Positions 22,570-35,508 are shown, counted from the stretch's first letter. The stretch: DNA of 64,000 bases from Malacoraja senta (GCA_038087875.1 JAXLNO010000446.1:248001-312000), one strand, 5' to 3'. Numbers and translations are program-made. The notes: a model not told the origin generated them from the sequence alone.

Positions 22570-24015
22570 ATAGACAATAGACAATAGGTGCAGGAGTAGA
22601 CCATTTGGCCCTTCGAGCCAGCTCCGCCATTGAATGTGATCATGGCTGATCATCCCCAATCAGTACCCCGTTCCTGCCTTCTCCCCATATCCCCTGACTA
22701 CGCTATTTTTAAGAGCCCTATCTAACTCTCTCTTGAAAGCATCCAGAGAACTTGCCTCCACCGCCCTCTGAGGCAGAGAATTCCACAGACTCACCACTCT
22801 CTGTGAGAAAAAGTGTTTCCTCGTATTATCCTTCTAAACTCCAGAGTGTACAAGCCCAGCTGCTCCATTCTCTCAGCATATGACAGTCCCGCCATCCCGG
22901 GAATTAACCTTTTAAACCTACACTGCACTCCCTCAATAGCTAGAATGTCCTTCCTCAAATTAGGGGACCAAAACTGCACACAATACTCCAGGTGTGGTCT
23001 CATTAGGACTCTGTACAACTGCAGAAGGACCTCTTTGCTCCTATATTCGATTCCTCTTGTTATAAAGGCCAACATGCCATTCACTTTCTTCACTGCCTGC
23101 TGTACCTGCATGCTTACTTTCATAGACTGATGCACAAGGACCCCCAGATTCCGTTATACTTCCCCTTTTCCCAACTTGACACCATTTAGATAGTAATCTG
23201 CCTTCCTGTTTTTGCTACCAAAGTAGATAACCTCACATTTATCCGCATTAAACTTCATCTGCCATGCATCTGCCCACTCCCCCAACCTGTCCAAGTCACC
23301 CTGCATTCTCCAAATGTGCGGCTATCTCATCTTTTATAATTGACTCCAGCATCTTCGCCACCACCGATGTCAGGCTAACTGGACTATAATTCCCCGTTTT
23401 CTCTCTCCCGCCTTTCTTAAAAAGTGGGATAACATTAGCTACCCTCCAATCCACAGGAACTGATCCTGAGTCTATAGAACATTGGAAAATTATCACCATG
23501 CATCCACGATTTCTAGAGCCACTTCCTTAAGTACCCTGGGATGCAGACCATCAGGCCCTGAGGATTTATCAACCTTCAATCCTATCTGTCTATCCAACAC
23601 CATTTCCTGCCTGAACTGATTTCCTTCAGTGCCTCTGTCACCCCAGATCCTCTGGCCACTACTATATCAGGAAGACTGTTTGTGTCCTCCTTAGAGAAGA
23701 CCGATCCAAAGTACCTGTTCAACTCATCTGCCATTTCCTTGTTCCCCATAATAAATTCACCTTTTTCGGTCTTCAAGGGTCCGACTTTGGTCTTAACTAA
23801 TTTTTTCCTCTTCACATACCTAAAGAAACCTTTACTATCCTGCTTTATATTCTTGGCTAGCTTACCTTCGTACCTCATCTTTTCTGCCCGTATTGCCTTT
23901 TTAGTTATCTTCTGTTGTTCTTTAAACATCACCCAATCCTCTTGCATCCCGCTCATCTTTGCTACGTTGTACTTCTTTGCTTTAATTTTTATACTGTCCC
24001 TGACGTCCCTTGTCA
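22570..24015 (-). mobile_element. CR1 LINE with internal deletions, (TCTATTG)n subfamily
   Basis: ORFs 23582..24034, 23296..23499 (VPVDWRVANVIPLFKKG) and 22791..23135. Confidence 0.95.
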
Positions 24016-25209
24016 GCCTCATGATTTTATACATCCCTATATATCACCCCTCAGCCTCCTGAGCTCCAAAGAATGAAGTCCTAGCTTGCCTAATCTCTCC
24101 CTATACCTCAGGCGTCCCGGGTTCAGGCAACACCCTCGTAAATCTTTTCTCCATTCTTTCCAGATTCCCACAAATATACGCAGCTTGTGATTGTAGTCCA
24201 TCTTTCTATTACTTTGAAATCACCTCCAGATGGCAATGGTGATATAAAGTTACAGGCACAGTTGCAAAAGTAACACTAAATATACTTCAACACACTCTGC
24301 ACTAAAAAATATACCATAAATCTCACACGTTGCAGAGCAAAACTCCAATATGTGCTGGGAAAGTTTTTTTACACAGAGGGTGGTGGGGGCCACGGGTGGT
24401 GGTGGAAGCAGATACGTCATGGCATTTAAGAGGCTTTTAGATAGACACATGGACTTGTGGAGGGATCTGGGCCACTTGCAGGCAGATGAGATCAGTTCAG
24501 CTAAGCATCATGTTTGACCTGGGCACTGTGGGCTGAAGGCCTGTTCCTGTTCTGGACTGTTGTTCAGAACTATGTTCTTTGTTAACTACAAATGTACTTT
24601 GTGAAAGTTAGACCTGGTGAAATGCAATGAAGTGATGCACAGGCAGAGCTGAAGATGAACTTAATATGCATCACCTGCCCAGGGTAATGAAATAATTCAT
24701 TAGTTGTGAGAAAAAGTCTCCTCAAAGATCATTCACCCTCCTCCTACTGAACTTCAAGGAATAAAATCCTAGCCTGCTCATCCTCTCCCTGTACCTCGGG
24801 TCCTGGCAACATCCTCGTAAATCTTCTCTGCACCCTTTCCAGCTTGATCGCAAGTTTCCTACACCAGGGTGACCAAAACTGAATGCAACCCGCTAGATAT
24901 CACATCACCAACTTCTTGTACAACTTTAACATAACATCCAACTTCTATGCTTAATTCACTGACAGATGAAGCCAAATGTGTCAAAAGCCCTCTTGACCAC
25001 TCTATCAACCTATGGCACCACTATCTACCTGTACACCTAGATCCCTCTGCTCTACAACACTTGTTCATCATGTAGGATATGGGGAGAAGGCAGGAACAGG
25101 GTACTGATTGTGGATGATCAGCCATGATCACATTGAATGGCGGTGCTGGCTCGAAGGGCCGAATGGCCTACTGCTGCACCTATTGTCCATTGTCTATTGT
25201 CTATTATCT

Positions 25210-25790
25210 ATGTATAGGAATCACATCCGTCAACTTGAGAAGTTCCATATGCGCTCGTTACAGTCCATCATGGGCATTCACTGGCAGGACAAAGTGGCCA
25301 ACCTAGAAGTATTGGACAGATCCAGCTTCACAAGCATTGAGGCAATGATCATCAAAGCACAGCTGGATGCACTGGGCACGTCTTCAGGATGGATGAAACC
25401 CGCATGCCTCGACACGGTCTTCTACGGCGTGCTCTCCCAGGGAAGAAGGAACCGTGGGCATCCCAGGAAGCGGTACAAAGATTGCGTCAAGGACCATCTC
25501 CACTATTGTGGTCTTGCGCACAAGCAACTGGAAGGCTGCGCCAGCGACAGAACACGCTGGCGCGCAGCGATGCGAACAGCAGCCGGTAGCTTCGAGGGGC
25601 GCCGCCTAGAGCAACTTGCCAACGCCAGGGAGAGGAGGAAGGCTGACATCCAGAGCCCGCCAGCGACGACCTCCATCTGCCCCCACTGCCCTCGAGTGTA
25701 CGAGTCACGAATTGGATGTGAGCCATGTCAGAACTCACCAGAATTGAGACTGTACAACTCGCCATCGTGGTTACCGATGGGCCGCCACCA
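25210..25790 (+). mobile_element. RTE-clade LINE 3' fragment
   Basis: QLEKFHMRSLQSIMGIHWQDKVAN...YGVLSQGRRNRGHPRKRYKD...DRTRWR...CPHC. Confidence 0.85.
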
Positions 25791-26214
25791 TAGTCTGCCC
25801 TGGTTTGACTTTGCAACTTGCAGCGCGTGGCATTTATCTACAATAAACTCCATGAACCATCCGTCAGCCCACTGACCCAGTTGGTCAAGATCCTGCTGTA
25901 GTTTGTGATTAGCAAGCTTCATTGTCCAGGATACCACCCACTTCAGTGTTACTGCAAACTCACTAATCCTGCCGTGTACAAACCGTTGGTCCCTAACCCT
26001 GAAACCAAGGTGTGGCAGCAAGGTTTATACCTGTAATCTCCTCGGCTTTCTGGAGAAATTAGATTAGGGGTATAAGGTACAGGGAGAGGTTGCACAGACT
26101 GGGATTGATTTCTCTGGAGTGTCGGAGGTTGTGGGGAGACCTGATAGAAATTTATAAAATGATGGGAGGTAGACTTAGGGCAGACAGTCAGAATCTTTTA
26201 CCCAGGATCGAGCG

Positions 26215-26692
26215 ATTCTTCTCATCATTTCATATTTTGAACATTGCGGAGCTGCGGGCGGCGGCGCTGAACTTTACATCGGGTGCCTGGGATCTCTCGC
26301 CAAGATCGCCATGGTGGAGCTCCATCCAGCGCAGCCTGTTGGCTTGGAAGCCGCGGTCTCTGGTAAGGAAGCAGCCGTTCCTGGCACCACAAGCCGCTGA
26401 GAGTGTTCTCCCGACGCCGGAGCACCATCACCCGGCGAGAAGGGCCTGAAACATCGGGCCTCCGTAGCGGCGAATGTGGAGGCCTCAATAGGCCCGACTA
26501 CGGGTGGACAAGAGGATGGGGACTGGACTTTGTGCCTTCCCTCACAGTGGGAACCATTGTGGGGGGATGTCTTTATGTTTTAATGTTAAACTTCTTTTTT
26601 AATGCTATGTTGTAGTTTTATTAGTGTGCTGCAAGAACATCTGATTTTCCCCTAAAAAGGGGATTAATAAAGTATTTATTATTATTATTATT
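26215..26692 (+). mobile_element. CpG-rich non-LTR 3' fragment with Rex1-type tail
   Basis: Ends ttttcccctaaaaaggggattaataaagtattt(att)n, like the tail at 29780-29830. Confidence 0.5.
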
Positions 26693-27364
26693 TGAATTTA
26701 GATTTCCCCAGATACCAAGGTGATTTGAACTCGGATGGTCCTGACCTCTGACCTCTGACCTCTGACCTCTGACCTCAGCAGGCCGAGCAGCATCTGTGGA
26801 TGGAGAGGAGCCGCCTCTCTGGAGCATCGGAGATTTAAAGGGATACGGGCCAGTGGGAGCAAGTGGGACTAGATTGGAGGAGGCATGTCGGTCGGCATAT
26901 ACATGTTGGTCCATAGGTTTCCGTGGTGTGTGACTCTCTGAGCTGAAGGGTTTCCAATGCAAAGGGTTTCAGAAACATTACCCTGCCCCTTTAACCATCT
27001 TTCGTTGCCTAACTTTAGACGTTAGAGAGGCAACACGTAAACAGACTATTCAGCAATTGAGTCCGCATCGACTGGCGATCTCCGTACACTGCCACTATCC
27101 TACACACTATGGACAATTAACCTACAAACCTGCATGTCTTTGGAATGTGGGAGAAATCTAGAGAAAGCCCACGCAGTCACAGAGAGAACATGCACACTCC
27201 GTACAGACAGCACCCGTGGGCAGGATCAAACCCGGGTCGCTGGTGCTGTGAGGCAGCAATTCTGTGAGGGTTTGAGCAGTGAATTCACTAATTACACGCT
27301 GTTTTGTCAGAAGTGCAGCAATGAGTTTATCTGGAGTATCTCTGACCTGGAAGTACTTCTCAGC

Positions 27365-27648
27365 ATGGTGGCGCCTCACAGCGCCAGAGACCTGGGTTCA
27401 ATCCTGACTATGGGTGCTGTCTGTACGGAGTTTGTGCATTCTCCCCGTGACCTGCGTGGATTTTCACCCGAGATCTTCGGTTTCCTCCCACACTCCAAAC
27501 TCGTACAGGTTTGTAGGTTAATTGGCTTGGTAGAAATGTAAAATTGTCCCTAGTGTGCGTAAGGTAGTGTTAATGCGCGGACATTGCTGGTCGCCGCAGA
27601 CTCGGTGGGCCGAAGGGCCTGTTTCCGCGCTGTATCTCTAAAACTAAG
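27365..27648 (+). mobile_element. HE1/V-SINE-like SINE (an oppositely oriented copy lies at about 27015-27262)
   Basis: Same head, core and tail as the 3568 copy. Confidence 0.85.
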
Positions 27649-28046
27649 AAATATGAAACTAAAGCACAAGATATTGTGTGCAGTGTGTGCGGAGAATGGA
27701 GGACACAGGTCACTGAGGTTTGTGGTCTGGTTATGGTCTGTGACCTTTTAAGGAATGGTTGCAACATGGACTAAGGCTACTTGATCGCTAGAGTTGGCCG
27801 TAAGCAAGGCCACTCAAGCCCCCCTTCCCCCAGCACATGCCTTGTCCCTGGCCCCATGATGTTCAGTTCAGTAATAAACCCTCAGCAGTCCCAGCTATCA
27901 CTGCAAGGCCACATTCCATTCACACTAGCCTTCCTCTTTCACGGAGATGAGCTGTATAAAGGGACATTAGAAAAAGCCACCAGTAGACAAAAAGTGCTGG
28001 AGAAACTCAGCGGGTGAGGCAGCATCTGTGGGGAAAAGGAGTAGGC

Positions 28047-28074
28047 GACGTTTCGGGTCGAGACCCTTCTTCAG
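28047..28074 (-). ncRNA. Minimal hammerhead ribozyme core in a Penelope pLTR fragment
   Basis: Minus strand reads CTGAAGA-A-GGGTC-TC-GACCC-GAAA-CGTC. Confidence 0.6.
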
Positions 28075-28794
28075 ACTGAAAAAGCCACAAAGTGTTGGAG
28101 TAATTCAGTTTATTGTCACGTGTACCGAGGTACAGAGAAAAGCTCTTTGTTGCGTGCTAACCAGTCAGCGGAAAGACTATACATGATTACAATCGAGCCG
28201 TCCACAGATAAATCAAATAATGTTCAGTACGAGATAAAGTCCAGTAATGTCCGAATAAAGTAGTTCAAAGATCTCTACAATATCTTGTGGTTTTGGGCAG
28301 GATTGTTCCCAACCAAGTTGTGATGTAGAAAAAAAATAGGTGCATGAGTAGCACATTCGGCCCTTCAAGCCAGTACCGCCATTCAATATGATCATGGCTG
28401 ATCATCTAAAATCAGTACCCCGTTCCTGCTTTTTCCCCATATCCCTTGATTCCTTTTGCCCTAATAGCTAAATCTGACTCTCTGTTGAAAACATCCAGTG
28501 AATTGGCCTCCACTGCCTTCTGTGGCAGAGATTCACAGATTCACAAGTTTCTGGGTGAAGAAGTTTTTCCTCATCTCAGTCCTAAATGGCCGACCCCTTA
28601 AACTGTGACCCCTGGTTCTGGACTCCCCCAACATTGGGAACACTTTTCCTGCCTCTAGTCTGTCCAATCCTTTAAGAATTTTATATGTTTCCATAAGATT
28701 CCCTCTCATCCTTCTAAATTCCAGTGAATACAAGTCCAGACGACCCATTCTTTCATCATATGTCAACCCAACATAACTCAACCTTATGCTTTCT

Positions 28795-29345
28795 GTGTGT
28801 AAGAAGGAACTGCAGGCGCTGATTTAAACCGAAGATAGACACAAAAAGCTGAAGTAACTCAACGGGACAGGCAGCATCTCTGGAGAGAAGGAATGGGTGA
28901 CGTTTCAGGTCCAGACCCTTCTTCAGACTGGTTAGGGATAAGAGAAACGAGAGATATAGCCGGTGATGTGGAGAGATAAAGATCAATGAATGAAAGATAT
29001 GTAAAAAAGTAACGATGATAAAGGAAACAGGCCATTGGAAGCTGTTTGCAGGGTTAAAATGAGAAGTTGGTGCGACTTGGGTGGGGGAGAGATAGAGAGA
29101 GAGGGAATGCCGGGGCAACCTGAAGTGGGAGAAATCGATATTCATACCACTGGGCTGTAAGCTGCCCAAACAAAATATGAGATGCTGTTCCTCCAATTAG
29201 CGCTTAGACTCTCTCTGACAATGGAGGAGACCGAGGACTGAAAGGTCTGTGTAGGAATGGGAAGGAGAATTAAAGTGTCCAGCAACCGGGGATCAGGTTG
29301 GTTCATGCGGGCTGAACGAAGGTGTTCCACGAAACGATCGCCAAG
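28795..29345 (-). mobile_element. Penelope-like 3' fragment (GIY-YIG C-terminus plus pLTR)
   Basis: LGDRFVEHLRS and EEQHLIFCLGSLQPSGMNIDFS. Confidence 0.85.
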
Positions 29346-29444
29346 GGTACAGTTGGTCCATAACCCCATAAAAACTGTCCTGTCCGTATACTTGTCCAGA
29401 TATCTTTTAAATGTTGTTATTTAAAAGACATTTGGACAGATTCA

Positions 29445-29836
29445 TGGGAGGTGGTCTTGGAGGGGAGGATGCCTCTCAAACTGCGGAGCATCTTGGACAA
29501 TACACCTCACCCCCTCCGTGACACACTGGTCAACCTGAGGAGCACCTTCAGCAACAGACTGGTTCCACCAAGATGCAGCACAAAACGCCACAGGAGATCC
29601 TTCTTCCCTGTGGCTATCAAACTGTACAACTCCTCCTTCTTCTGTCGTGGGGTAGACTGAGACTGAGACTGACTCCCCTTCGCCCCCCGTCCACCCCAAT
29701 CTTTGTACATCCCCAATCCTTTCCACTCATCACTTTAATTTCATGTTTCATGTATTTTGTGTTTTATGACTGTTGGCAGATCAATTTCCCTCCTGGGATA
29801 AATAAAGTTCTATCGTATCGTATCGTTTCGTATCGT
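29445..29836 (+). mobile_element. Rex1/Babar LINE 3' end with (TATCG)n tail
   Basis: KLRSILDNTPHPL...RLVPPRCSTKRHRRSFFPVAIKLYN; ends ataaagttc(tatcg)n. Confidence 0.8.
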
Positions 29837-30223
29837 CCCTGCCTCACCTGCCTCCACTGGCAGCTCATTCCATACACCCATGAAGACTTTCCCCTCTCAC
29901 CTTACACCTCTGACTTCTTGCTTCAGGCTCCACATGCTTGTATTGAGTTATGATTACCACACATGCGAGTTATATGGAAAAACTTTGATTAGTAAACCCG
30001 GCAATTCATACCATACATGATTAGCAACACCAAACCACACATGATTACAACAGCTAATGCAAGAGGAGAGAAAAAAAACAAAGTAGCTGGGAAGATGGCA
30101 AACACATCCTGAGCTTATGAGTAGACACAATATGCTGGAGCAACTCAAGGGACAGGCAGCATCTCTGGAGACAAGGAATGGGCAAAGTTTCGGATCGAGA
30201 TCCTTCTTCCGACTGACATCAGT

Positions 30224-30251
30224 CTGAAGAAGGGTCTCGACCCGAAACGTC
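30224..30251 (+). ncRNA. Minimal hammerhead ribozyme core in an inverted pLTR pair (about 30120-30348)
   Basis: ctgaagaagggtctcgacccgaaacgtc. Confidence 0.6.
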
Positions 30252-30863
30252 GGCCATTCCTTCTCTCCAGAGATGCTGCCTCACCCGCTGAGTTACTCCA
30301 GCATTTTGTGTCTACCTTTGATTTAAACCAGCATCTGCAGTTCTTTCTTACAATCAGTTTATGAGTGGTCCATTTGGTAGTCTGATAACAGAAGGGAAGG
30401 AGTTGTTCCTGAATCTGGTGGTACATCCTGCCCAGTGAAGAGGAGGAGAAGTGAGAATGACCGGGGAGATCAATTGGCTTTGATTATGTCGGCTGCTTTC
30501 CTGAGGTAGCGTGAAGCATAGATAGAGTTAATGGTGAGGAGTGGTGGAATGGTGAACTGGGCAACATCCACAATTCTCTGTGATTTCTTGGGTCTTGGGC
30601 AGAGCTGTTGAAATGGATCAGGAAAATGTCTGCTTTCTACGGGCATCTGTAAAAATTGGTCAGAGTCACCGGGGACATGCCCTATTTCCTTCGTCTTCTG
30701 AGTAAATTGAGGCTCTGATAAGTTGTTATGGTCATAATGTCTGGGTGGAATCCCCTGCGTCGGGGAAAGAAGGTGGCTATTCAATTTGTGTGTTCCTCAT
30801 GATTTTATGATCCTCCATAAGATTACCTCTCAGTCTACTACATTTCAGAGAAAGATATCCTAA

Positions 30864-31431
30864 AGGGGCTGTCCCACTTGGGCGACCTAATCCGCGAGTT
30901 CTGGCGAGTTTGCCCTCGACATACTCGCAGCATGGTCGACACGAGGATGTAGGAGGTCTTTGTAACTCTCCTTCATGCTCGAGAGTGGTCCCCGTGTACT
31001 CGAGGCCTCAGCTAGGTCGCGGCGTTTTTTTCAACGTTGAAAAATGCCCGCGAGTAAAAAAAGGTCGCCATGGAAAAAATCGATACTTTTTTTACTCGTA
31101 GGTTTACTCGTAGTAGGTCATAGTAGGTCGGCATGTTAATCGTAGGTAATCGAGGGTAGTCGAAGGTAGTCGAAGGTAGTCAAAGGTAGTCGTAGATAGT
31201 CTTCATCATAGTCGAAGGGAGGTCGAAGGAGGTTGTCTTCACTCTCCACTATTCGGTGTCCAATTTTCCCAAAGTTAGTCGTAGCTAGTTGAAGCTGGTC
31301 TTCAACATAGTCGAAGGAGGTTGAAAGAGGTCTTCTACATAGTCGAAGGAGGTCTTCAACATGTCATTTTATCAAACTCTCCGAAACTCTTCTAAACTCA
31401 CCAATTAGGTCGCCCAAGTGGGACAGCCCCT
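30864..31431. mobile_element. PIF/Harbinger-type MITE (568 bp), TAA TSD
   Basis: 28-bp TIR aggggctgtcccacttgggcgacctaat / attaggtcgcccaagtgggacagcccct. TAA at 30861-30863 and 31432-31434. Internal gtcgaagg repeats. Confidence 0.88.
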
Positions 31432-31532
31432 TAACCTATCCAGCCTCTCTTTACATTTCAAATCCTCCTGTCTCGTAAATCTTCTCTCCGCTTTTTCCAG
31501 AATAATATCATCCTTCCTATTGCAAGTTCCTC

Positions 31533-32115
31533 CTGCAGTTGTACAGAGCCCTAGTGAGACCACACCTGGAGTATTGTGTGCAGTTTAGGTCCCCTAATTT
31601 GAGGAAGGACATTCTTGCTATTGAGGGAGCGCAGCGTAGGTTTACAAGGTTAATTCCCGGGATGGCGGGACTGTCATATGCTGAGAGAATGGAGTGGCTG
31701 GGCTTGTATACTCTGGAGTTTAGAAGGATAAGAGGGGATCTTATTGAAACAGAAGATTATTAAGGGTTTGGACACGCTAGAGGCAGGAAACATATTCCCG
31801 ATGTTGGGGGAGTCCAGAACCAGGGGCCACAGTTTAAGAATAAGGAGTAAGCCATTTAGAACGGAGACGAGGAAACACATTTTCTCACAGAGAGTGGTGA
31901 GTGTGTGGAATTCTCTGCCTCAGAGGGCGGTGGAGGCAGGTTCTCTGGATACTTTCAAGAGAGAGCTAGATAGGGCTCTTAAAGATAGCGGAGTCAGGGG
32001 ATATTGGGAGAAGGCAGGAATGGGGTACTGATTAGGGATGATCAGCCATGATCTCAGTGAATGGCGGTGCTGGCTCGAAGGGCCGAATGGCCTACTCCTT
32101 CACCTATTGTCTATA
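31533..32115 (+). mobile_element. CR1 LINE 3' fragment
   Basis: ORFs 31539..31763 and 31744..32031. Confidence 0.95.
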
Positions 32116-32802
32116 AGGTGACCAGAACTACACACAGAGCTCCAAGTGTGGTTTCACCAACATCTTGCACAGGGCATATATTTTTAGAGCACGGTGGCTC
32201 AGCTGGTAGAGTTGCTGCCTCACAGCGCCAGAGACCCGGGTTCAACCCTGACCTCGGGTGCTGTCTGTGTGAAGTTTGCTCGTTCTCCCAGTGACCGCGT
32301 GGATTTCCTCCGGGTGCTCTGGTTTCCACCCACATCCCAAAGACGTATGGGGGTGTAGGTTAATTGGCCTCTCAATTGTCCCTCGTGTTATAGGGAGTGG
32401 ATGAGAAAGTGGGATAACATAGTATGTGTGGATTCAGTGGGCGAAGACCTTGTTTCCATGTTGTATCACTAAACTAAATCTAGTATACGATAGACACAAA
32501 ATGTTGGTGTAACTCAGCGGGTCACGCAGCGTCTCTGGAGAGAAACAGTAGGTGACGTTTCGGGTCAGAACTCTTCTTCAGTCTGAAGAAATGTCACCCA
32601 TTCCCTCTCTCCAGAGATGCTGCCTGACCCGCTGAGTTACTCCAGCATTTTGTGCCTGTCTTCGGTACAAACCAGCATCTGCAGTTCCTTCCCACACTAT
32701 ATATCTAGTCTACACTCTTTCTGCCAAGTCACATCTCGAAGTAAATGGACAAGTGGAGATCAACAATTGTGACTGATTCCACTCTCACGTCTTTGTCTTC
32801 AG

Positions 32803-32858
32803 GTGAAGTGTCCTTAAAGCTGAACAATGCCTCAGTGTGTCTGCATCAACAAGAACAG
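32803..32858 (+). other. Candidate 56-nt host exon
   Basis: Acceptor ctttgtcttcag| with an upstream branch-like ctgat, and donor CAG|GTGAGT. Open as (G)EVSLKLNNASVCLHQQEQ, or from ATG 32827 as MPQCVCINKN. Confidence 0.45.
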
Positions 32859-33955
32859 GTGAGTCTACAACTTATCCCTTGTTTATTATAGAAAGAGCAC
32901 TAAAAGCCAGATAAAGTGCTGTATCCCACCGCATATAAATGCAGACGTCATTCCCAGACGTCAGTGCAGCTGCAGTTTCAAAGGTCATTCATTGAGGCTC
33001 TAACCTTGTTAGGGCAGGTGCAGGAGATGCCTCGCTGCACTGTTAATCTGTGGCCCACTTGACAGCAGGTGCATGGGTGTGGAGGAGGCAGGCTGAGGGT
33101 ACACTGGGACCTTCAGCCGTGAATCATGCGTTAATATCTCAACTCAAGCTGACAGGCGAAGCTGCACAGACAACAAACTCCAAAAGAACAATCTCTGTGA
33201 CCGCATGGCTTTTCTCTGGGTGCTGTCTTTGTGGAGTTTGTGTGTTCTCCCTGTCACCACGTGGTCCCTCCCACACTCCAAGACGTACGGGTTTGGTGGC
33301 TAATTGGCTTCTGTAAGTTGTCCGCAGTGTGTAGGATAGTGCAAGTGCACGGGTGATCGCTGGTTGCCGCGCATACGGTGGCTCAAAGGGCCTGTTTCCA
33401 CTCTGTACCTCTAGAGTCAAAACTCTAAAGAAAAGTCTCACTCCCAAATATTAACAAGGAGCATGTTAATCTGGACACAGAATTATGAGGATGTGCTGAG
33501 AGAGTGGACCTGACTGAAAATTGGAGCTGTTCAAAGGCAACACTACATAAAAATGCTGCAAATCTCAAATAAAAACAGAAAATGCCAGAAATACTGAGCA
33601 TCTGTGGAAAGAAAGACTAATGAAAGTTCTCAGACCTGAAACACTGAAGGACTCAGAGTGCTGGAGTAACTCAGCGGGTCAATAGACAATGGACAATAGA
33701 TAATAGGTGCAGGAGTAGGCCAATCGGCCCTTCGAGCCAGCTCCGCCATTCAATGTGATGATCATGGCTGATCATTCCCAATCAGTACCCCGTTCCTGCC
33801 TTCCCCGCATATCCCCTGATTCCGCTATCTTTAAGAGCCCTATCTAGCTCTCTCTTGAAAGTATCCAGAGAACCGTCCACCACCGTCCTCTGAGGCAAAG
33901 AATTCCACAGACTCACAACTCTCTGTGTGAAAAAGTGTTCCTCGTCTCCGTTCTA

Positions 33956-35508
33956 GAGTACTTAAGAAAGTAGCCCCAGAAATAGTGGATGCATTAGTGA
34001 TAATTTTTCAAAACTCTTTAGATTCTGGAGTAGTTCCTGAGGACTGGAGGGTAGCTAATGTAACCCCACTTTTTAAGAAGGGAGGGAGAGAGAAAACGGG
34101 GAATTACAGACCAGTTAGTCTAACATCGGTAGTGGGAAACTGCTAGAGTCAGTTATTAAAGATGGGATAGCAGCACATTTGGAAAGTGGTGAATTCATTG
34201 GACAAAGTCAGCATGGATTTATGAAAGGTAAATCATGTCTGACGAATCTTATAGAATTTTTTGAGGATGTAACTAGTAGAGTGGATAAGGGAGAACCAGT
34301 GGATGCATTATATCTGGACTTTCAGAAGGCTTTCGACAAGGTCCCACATAAGAGATTAGTATACAAACTTAAAGCACACGGTATTGGGAGTTCAGTATTG
34401 ATGTGGATAGAGAACTGGCTGGCAGACAGGAAGCAACGAGTAGGAGTAAACGGGTCCTTTTCACAATGGCAGGCAGTGACTAGTGGGGTACCGCAAGGCT
34501 CAGTGCTGGGACCCCAGCTATTTACAATATATATTAATGAACTGGATGAGGGAATTGAATGCAACATCTCCAAGTTTGCGGATGACACTAAGCTGGGGGG
34601 CAGTGTTAGCTATGAGGAGGATGCTAGGAGGCTGCAAGGTGACTTGGATAGGTTGCGTGAGTGGGCAAATGCATGGCAGATGCAGTATAATGTGGATAAA
34701 TGTGAGGTTATCCACTTTGGTGGTAAAAACAGGAAAGTAGACTATTATCTGAATGGTGGCCGATTAGGAAAAGGGGAGATGCAACGAGATCTGTGTGTCA
34801 TGGTACACCAGTCATTGAAAGTAGGCATGCAGGTGCAGCAGGCAGTGAAGAAAGCGAATGGTATGTTAGCATTCATAGCAAAAGGATTTGAGTATAAGAG
34901 CAGGGAGGTTCTACTGCAGTTGTACAGGGTCTTGGTGAGACCACACCTGGAGTATTGCGTACAGTTTTGGTCTCCTAATCTGAAGAAAGGCATTCTTGCC
35001 ATAGAGGGAGTACAGAGAAGGTTCACCAGACTTATTTCTGGGATGGCAGGACTTTCATATGAAGAAAGACTGGATAGACTCGGCTTGTACACGCTAGAAT
35101 TTAGAAGATTGAGGGGGGATCTTATAGAAACTTACAAAATTCTTAAGGGGTTGGACAGGCTAGATGCAGGAAGATTATTCCCGATGTTGGGGAAGTCCAG
35201 AACTAGGGGTCACAGTTTAAGGATAAGAGGGAAGTCTTTTAGGACCGAGATGAGAAAATCATTTTTTACACAGAGAGTGGTGAATCTGTGGAATTCTCTG
35301 CCACAGAAGGTAGTTGAGGCCAGTTCATTGGCTATATTTAAGAGGGAGTTAGATGTGGCCCTTGTGGCTAAAGGGGTCAGGGGGTATGGAGAGAAGGCAG
35401 GGATGGGATACTGATCAGCCATGATCATATCGAATGGCGGTGCAGGCTCCAAGGGCCGAATGGCCTACTCCTGCACCTATTTTCTATGTTTCTATGTTTC
35501 TATGTTTC
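33956..35508 (+). mobile_element. Young 5'-truncated CR1 LINE inserted into an antisense CR1 (33680-33955 and 35509-35570)
   Basis: (ttctatgt)n tail. The host CR1 resumes at aatggcttacccctt. Confidence 0.92.
34179..35414 (+). CDS. CR1 ORF2 reverse transcriptase domain to C-terminus (411 codons open; element truncated)
   Basis: QHGFMKGKSCLTNL, YLDFQKAFDKV, SGVPQGSVLGP, KFADDTK. Confidence 0.9.
   Translation: MESGEFIGQSQHGFMKGKSCLTNLIEFFEDVTSRVDKGEPVDALYLDFQKAFDKVPHKRLVYKLKAHGIGSSVLMWIENWLADRKQRVGVNGSFSQWQAVTSGVPQGSVLGPQLFTIYINELDEGIECNISKFADDTKLGGSVSYEEDARRLQGDLDRLREWANAWQMQYNVDKCEVIHFGGKNRKVDYYLNGGRLGKGEMQRDLCVMVHQSLKVGMQVQQAVKKANGMLAFIAKGFEYKSREVLLQLYRVLVRPHLEYCVQFWSPNLKKGILAIEGVQRRFTRLISGMAGLSYEERLDRLGLYTLEFRRLRGDLIETYKILKGLDRLDAGRLFPMLGKSRTRGHSLRIRGKSFRTEMRKSFFTQRVVNLWNSLPQKVVEASSLAIFKRELDVALVAKGVRGYGEKAGMGY

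Noticed and set aside
25108..25875. 255-aa ORF as a host gene
   Set aside because: A chance fusion of a CR1 3' UTR, a frameshifted RTE fragment and antisense CR1.
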